Made by a program: the position numbers and the translations under genes. The notes under the pieces were generated by a model, which did no database searches, was not told the origin of the DNA, and saw nothing but the letters and a program-made list of their open reading frames with translations. From a bacterium UBP13_UBA5359 (GTDB taxonomy: Bacteria > UBP13 > UBA5359): 64,000 nucleotides of DNA. The DNA lies in NCBI GenBank assembly GCA_002410925.1, contig DHPR01000033.1:206397-270396 (forward strand). The letters run 5' to 3'. Shown here piece by piece: positions 61,301-64,000 of this stretch (positions are counted from its first letter, which is position 1; each line of letters opens with the position of its first letter).

Positions 61301-62833
61301 TCAAATCCAGTACCGCCTGTCCAGTGTCCGGTATTGCACCGCCTCAGCTATATGCGTCGCTTCCAGGCCATCTTTACTATCCAGGTCGGCTATCGTTCTG
61401 GCTACTTTAAGTATGCGATCGTATGCTCTAGCGGATAATCCGAGTGTTTTCATGGCACGACTGAGCAAAGCGCTTCCTTCTTTATCCATCTGGCAATACT
61501 TTCTGACACTACGGCTGTCCATCTTGGCATTACAGTGGAATTTCCGGCCGCTATATCGCTCCTGTTGTAATGATCTGGCCCAACACACCCTCTCTCGTAT
61601 AACACGGCTTGGCTCCCCGTCAGGACGCCCCATAAGCTGCTCCTCGCTGATCCGAGGCATCTCTATATGCATATCTATACGGTCTAGCAACGGGCCGGAA
61701 ATACGGTTGAGATATTGACTTATCTGCGCTGGAGTGCAAACACAATTTCTTGTATGATCACCGTAATAGCCGCATTTGCAAGGGTTCATGGCAGCCACCA
61801 GCATAAACTGGGCGGGATAGCTTATTGTTCCGGCAACCCTGCCTATGGTGACCGTACCCTCCTCCAGTGGCTGACGCAAAACTTCGAGGACATCACGTTT
61901 GAATTCGGGCAGCTCATCCAGAAAGAGTACGCCGTTATGTGCCAGACTGACCTCTCCAGGGAGTGGATATGACCCTCCACCGATAAGGGCTACATTCGAT
62001 ATCGTATGATGCGGACTGCGAAAGCTTCGTTTGTTAATTAATGAGGAATTATCTGCCAGCAGCCCCCTGACGCTGTATATTCTGGTCACTTCCAACGCCT
62101 CTGATTGATTCATCGGTGGCAAGATACCGGGGATGCGCCTGGCCAGCATCGTCTTGCCGGAACCGGGCGGGCCGATCATCAAAATATTATGGCCGCCGGC
62201 TGCCGCTATCTCCATAGCTCTCTTGGCGGCATCCTGCCCTTTTACATCCGAAAAATCCTCACCAACAAGCGAATCTTCATCACTAGCGGTATCAACAACG
62301 GGTCTTTCCGGCAGATAATGACCATTTACAAGAGCTGCTACTTCATGAAGATTGCGGCAGGGGAATACTTCAACATCATCAACCATGGCTGCTTCACAGT
62401 AATTATTCCACGGCACCACCAGCAGCGGATGTTCGGCACTGCGGAGATCCAATGCGGTCGGCATGACACCGGTTACCGGACGAAGCTTGCCGTCCAGAGA
62501 GAGCTCTCCCACATATACAGCTCCGGCCATCTCTTCAGTCAAATGTATTGCTCCTGTGGCCACCAATATGCCTACAGCTATAGGAAGATCAAATGCCGGG
62601 CCCTCTTTGCGGATATCGGCCGGGGCCAGGTTGACCGTTATTCTGCCTATAGGAAATTCAAAGCCGGTATTGCGAATAGCCGCTCTTACCCGCTCTTTGG
62701 CCTCCTGTACAGCAGTATCCGGCAGACCGACTATGGTGAACGACGGCAGGCCGGAAGAAACATCGACCTCAACTTCGATGAAGTGAGCATTAACTCCTAT
62801 GACCGTACTGCTTTTTACCTTTGCCAGTGACAA
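61301..62833 (-). CDS. comM: ComM/YifB Mg-chelatase-like AAA+ ATPase
   Basis: VGLPDTAVQE, VNLAPAD, GPPGSGKT, FRSPHH, LFLDELPEF, AAMNPC, SGPLLDRID, LSARAYDR. Confidence 0.96.
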   Translation of the reverse strand: MSLAKVKSSTVIGVNAHFIEVEVDVSSGLPSFTIVGLPDTAVQEAKERVRAAIRNTGFEFPIGRITVNLAPADIRKEGPAFDLPIAVGILVATGAIHLTEEMAGAVYVGELSLDGKLRPVTGVMPTALDLRSAEHPLLVVPWNNYCEAAMVDDVEVFPCRNLHEVAALVNGHYLPERPVVDTASDEDSLVGEDFSDVKGQDAAKRAMEIAAAGGHNILMIGPPGSGKTMLARRIPGILPPMNQSEALEVTRIYSVRGLLADNSSLINKRSFRSPHHTISNVALIGGGSYPLPGEVSLAHNGVLFLDELPEFKRDVLEVLRQPLEEGTVTIGRVAGTISYPAQFMLVAAMNPCKCGYYGDHTRNCVCTPAQISQYLNRISGPLLDRIDMHIEMPRISEEQLMGRPDGEPSRVIRERVCWARSLQQERYSGRKFHCNAKMDSRSVRKYCQMDKEGSALLSRAMKTLGLSARAYDRILKVARTIADLDSKDGLEATHIAEAVQYRTLDRRYWI

Positions 62834-63045
62834 GTGGCTCTCCTTATATGCTCATATTTGCCCGAGCATTTATCAGAATACGATTGCATATATTCTACTA
62901 AGGTATTAAGGTATATGCAAACGCTTGATTGCTATGGTTCTCCATTACAAAGCATTTGTTGTTTTCCCACAGCCTTTTTCTCCCCCCTAAAAAGTTTTTT
63001 ACTGCTATATTCGGGTATAAAAGATGTTATGAGGAGGTGCCAACC

Positions 63046-63444
63046 ATGGCTACTATTGATGATCTAAAAGAAGCATTTGCCGATGAATCCCAGGCCAGCG
63101 TGAGGTATCTAACTTTCGCACGCAAAGCCAGAGAAGAGGGGCATGAAGATGTAGCAAGGTTATTTGAAGATGCAGCTATGGATGAATTATGCCACGCACA
63201 ACACAATCTGGAACTGATGCAGGGAATCAGTAGCACAGAGAACAATCTGCAATCCGCCATTAATGGGGAAGCTGCAGAATACATCAATAAGTACCCCGAA
63301 TATATAGAAAAAGCTTTTGAAGAAAATAATATGGCTGCCGTCAAGGCTTTCAAAGAGGCAGCTGACAACCAGCAACTTCATTCAGAGAAATTCATGGAAA
63401 CGCTGGACAGCATTGCAGGCCCAAAGAGTGAAGCTGGTGATTGA
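63046..63444 (+). CDS. Rubrerythrin-like ferritin-fold protein (no rubredoxin domain)
   Basis: LKEAFADESQA, AREEG...ARLF, DELCHA, TENNLQSAINGE, YP; GAGGAGG RBS. Confidence 0.85.
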   Translation: MATIDDLKEAFADESQASVRYLTFARKAREEGHEDVARLFEDAAMDELCHAQHNLELMQGISSTENNLQSAINGEAAEYINKYPEYIEKAFEENNMAAVKAFKEAADNQQLHSEKFMETLDSIAGPKSEAGD

Positions 63445-63447
63445 TAG

Positions 63448-64000
63448 CTAACGGACTATCTTACGCCGTCCTCTTGGCCTATCGGGGTTAAGACCTTTCT
63501 GCAATGCCAAATTATAGGCAAAGAGCTGTCCTACAACCATAAATACCAAAGGAGAGAATACCTCTTTTACCGGCTCAGGCAAGACCAGAGCGGTATCGGC
63601 AATTTCCAGCACTTCCTTACGATCAGATATAACTATAGTTTCGGCTCCCAGCTCTCGCTGCAATTCTCTGGTCAGCCGCAGCATATTATTATAGGTTTGT
63701 CCGCCGGGAACAAAGATCATAACCGGATATCCCTCCCCTACCAGAGAGATAGCGGCATGCGCAAACTCGGCCGATGAATGAGAGAGAGCTGAAACCTGAC
63801 AGATCTCCTCTAATTTGAGAGCTGTTTCCAAGGCTGTGGCGTAATTAAAACCGTTGCCCAGCACTACGCATCTGGTCATATAGCGATAAGACTTGACCAA
63901 CTCACACATACCATCCGACAGAGACAGAGCAGAATTCATCAGTTCAGGCACAAGCCTTAGTGCGCTGATTGTTTCTCTATCCTCAGATATGACAGCCGCC
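63448..64000 (-). CDS. SIS-domain sugar-phosphate isomerase/deaminase (GlmS-like C-terminus; 5' end outside window)
   Basis: GNGFNYATALETALKLEE, EFAH, QLFAYNLALQKGLNPDRPR. Confidence 0.85.
   Translation of the reverse strand, partial: AAVISEDRETISALRLVPELMNSALSLSDGMCELVKSYRYMTRCVVLGNGFNYATALETALKLEEICQVSALSHSSAEFAHAAISLVGEGYPVMIFVPGGQTYNNMLRLTRELQRELGAETIVISDRKEVLEIADTALVLPEPVKEVFSPLVFMVVGQLFAYNLALQKGLNPDRPRGRRKIVR

Overview
Mostly core chromosome of a bacterium with Firmicutes-like gene neighbourhoods (yggS-sepF-proC-divIVA...ileS-lspA-lgt-rluD-tgt-secD; tRNA-tadA-large SRP RNA-dnaX-ybaB-recR; DegS/DegU-like pair). It also encodes an outer-membrane-type secretin, so it is probably a diderm Terrabacteria lineage (inference). 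Nearly all genes are on the minus strand. Other content: porCDAB, pdxS, pyrG, smpB, 7 tRNAs, a GT4/phosphomutase sugar cluster and an ArsR/thioredoxin/CcdA redox cluster. The most interesting system is an atypical Tad/Flp pilus locus at 37.7-52.1 kb. Its CpaF/TadA ATPase has a tandemly duplicated N-terminal module and its secretin carries a LysM domain. It is preceded by a short DegS/DegU-like pair, an O-antigen-ligase/TPR protein (candidate pilin glycosylation) and a BldC/Xis-like HTH gene with upstream 10-bp direct repeats. Two decayed islands are also visible. The first lies next to tRNA-Arg(ACG), holds IS21, IS3 and RHS debris, and is bracketed by a duplicated promoter. The second lies at the 3' end of comM and contains a truncated OLD-like ATPase cut by an IS21 end plus a displaced comM-like fragment. 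An identical 60-bp hairpin element occurs twice, 29 kb apart. All calls come from reading motifs by eye; no database searches were run.
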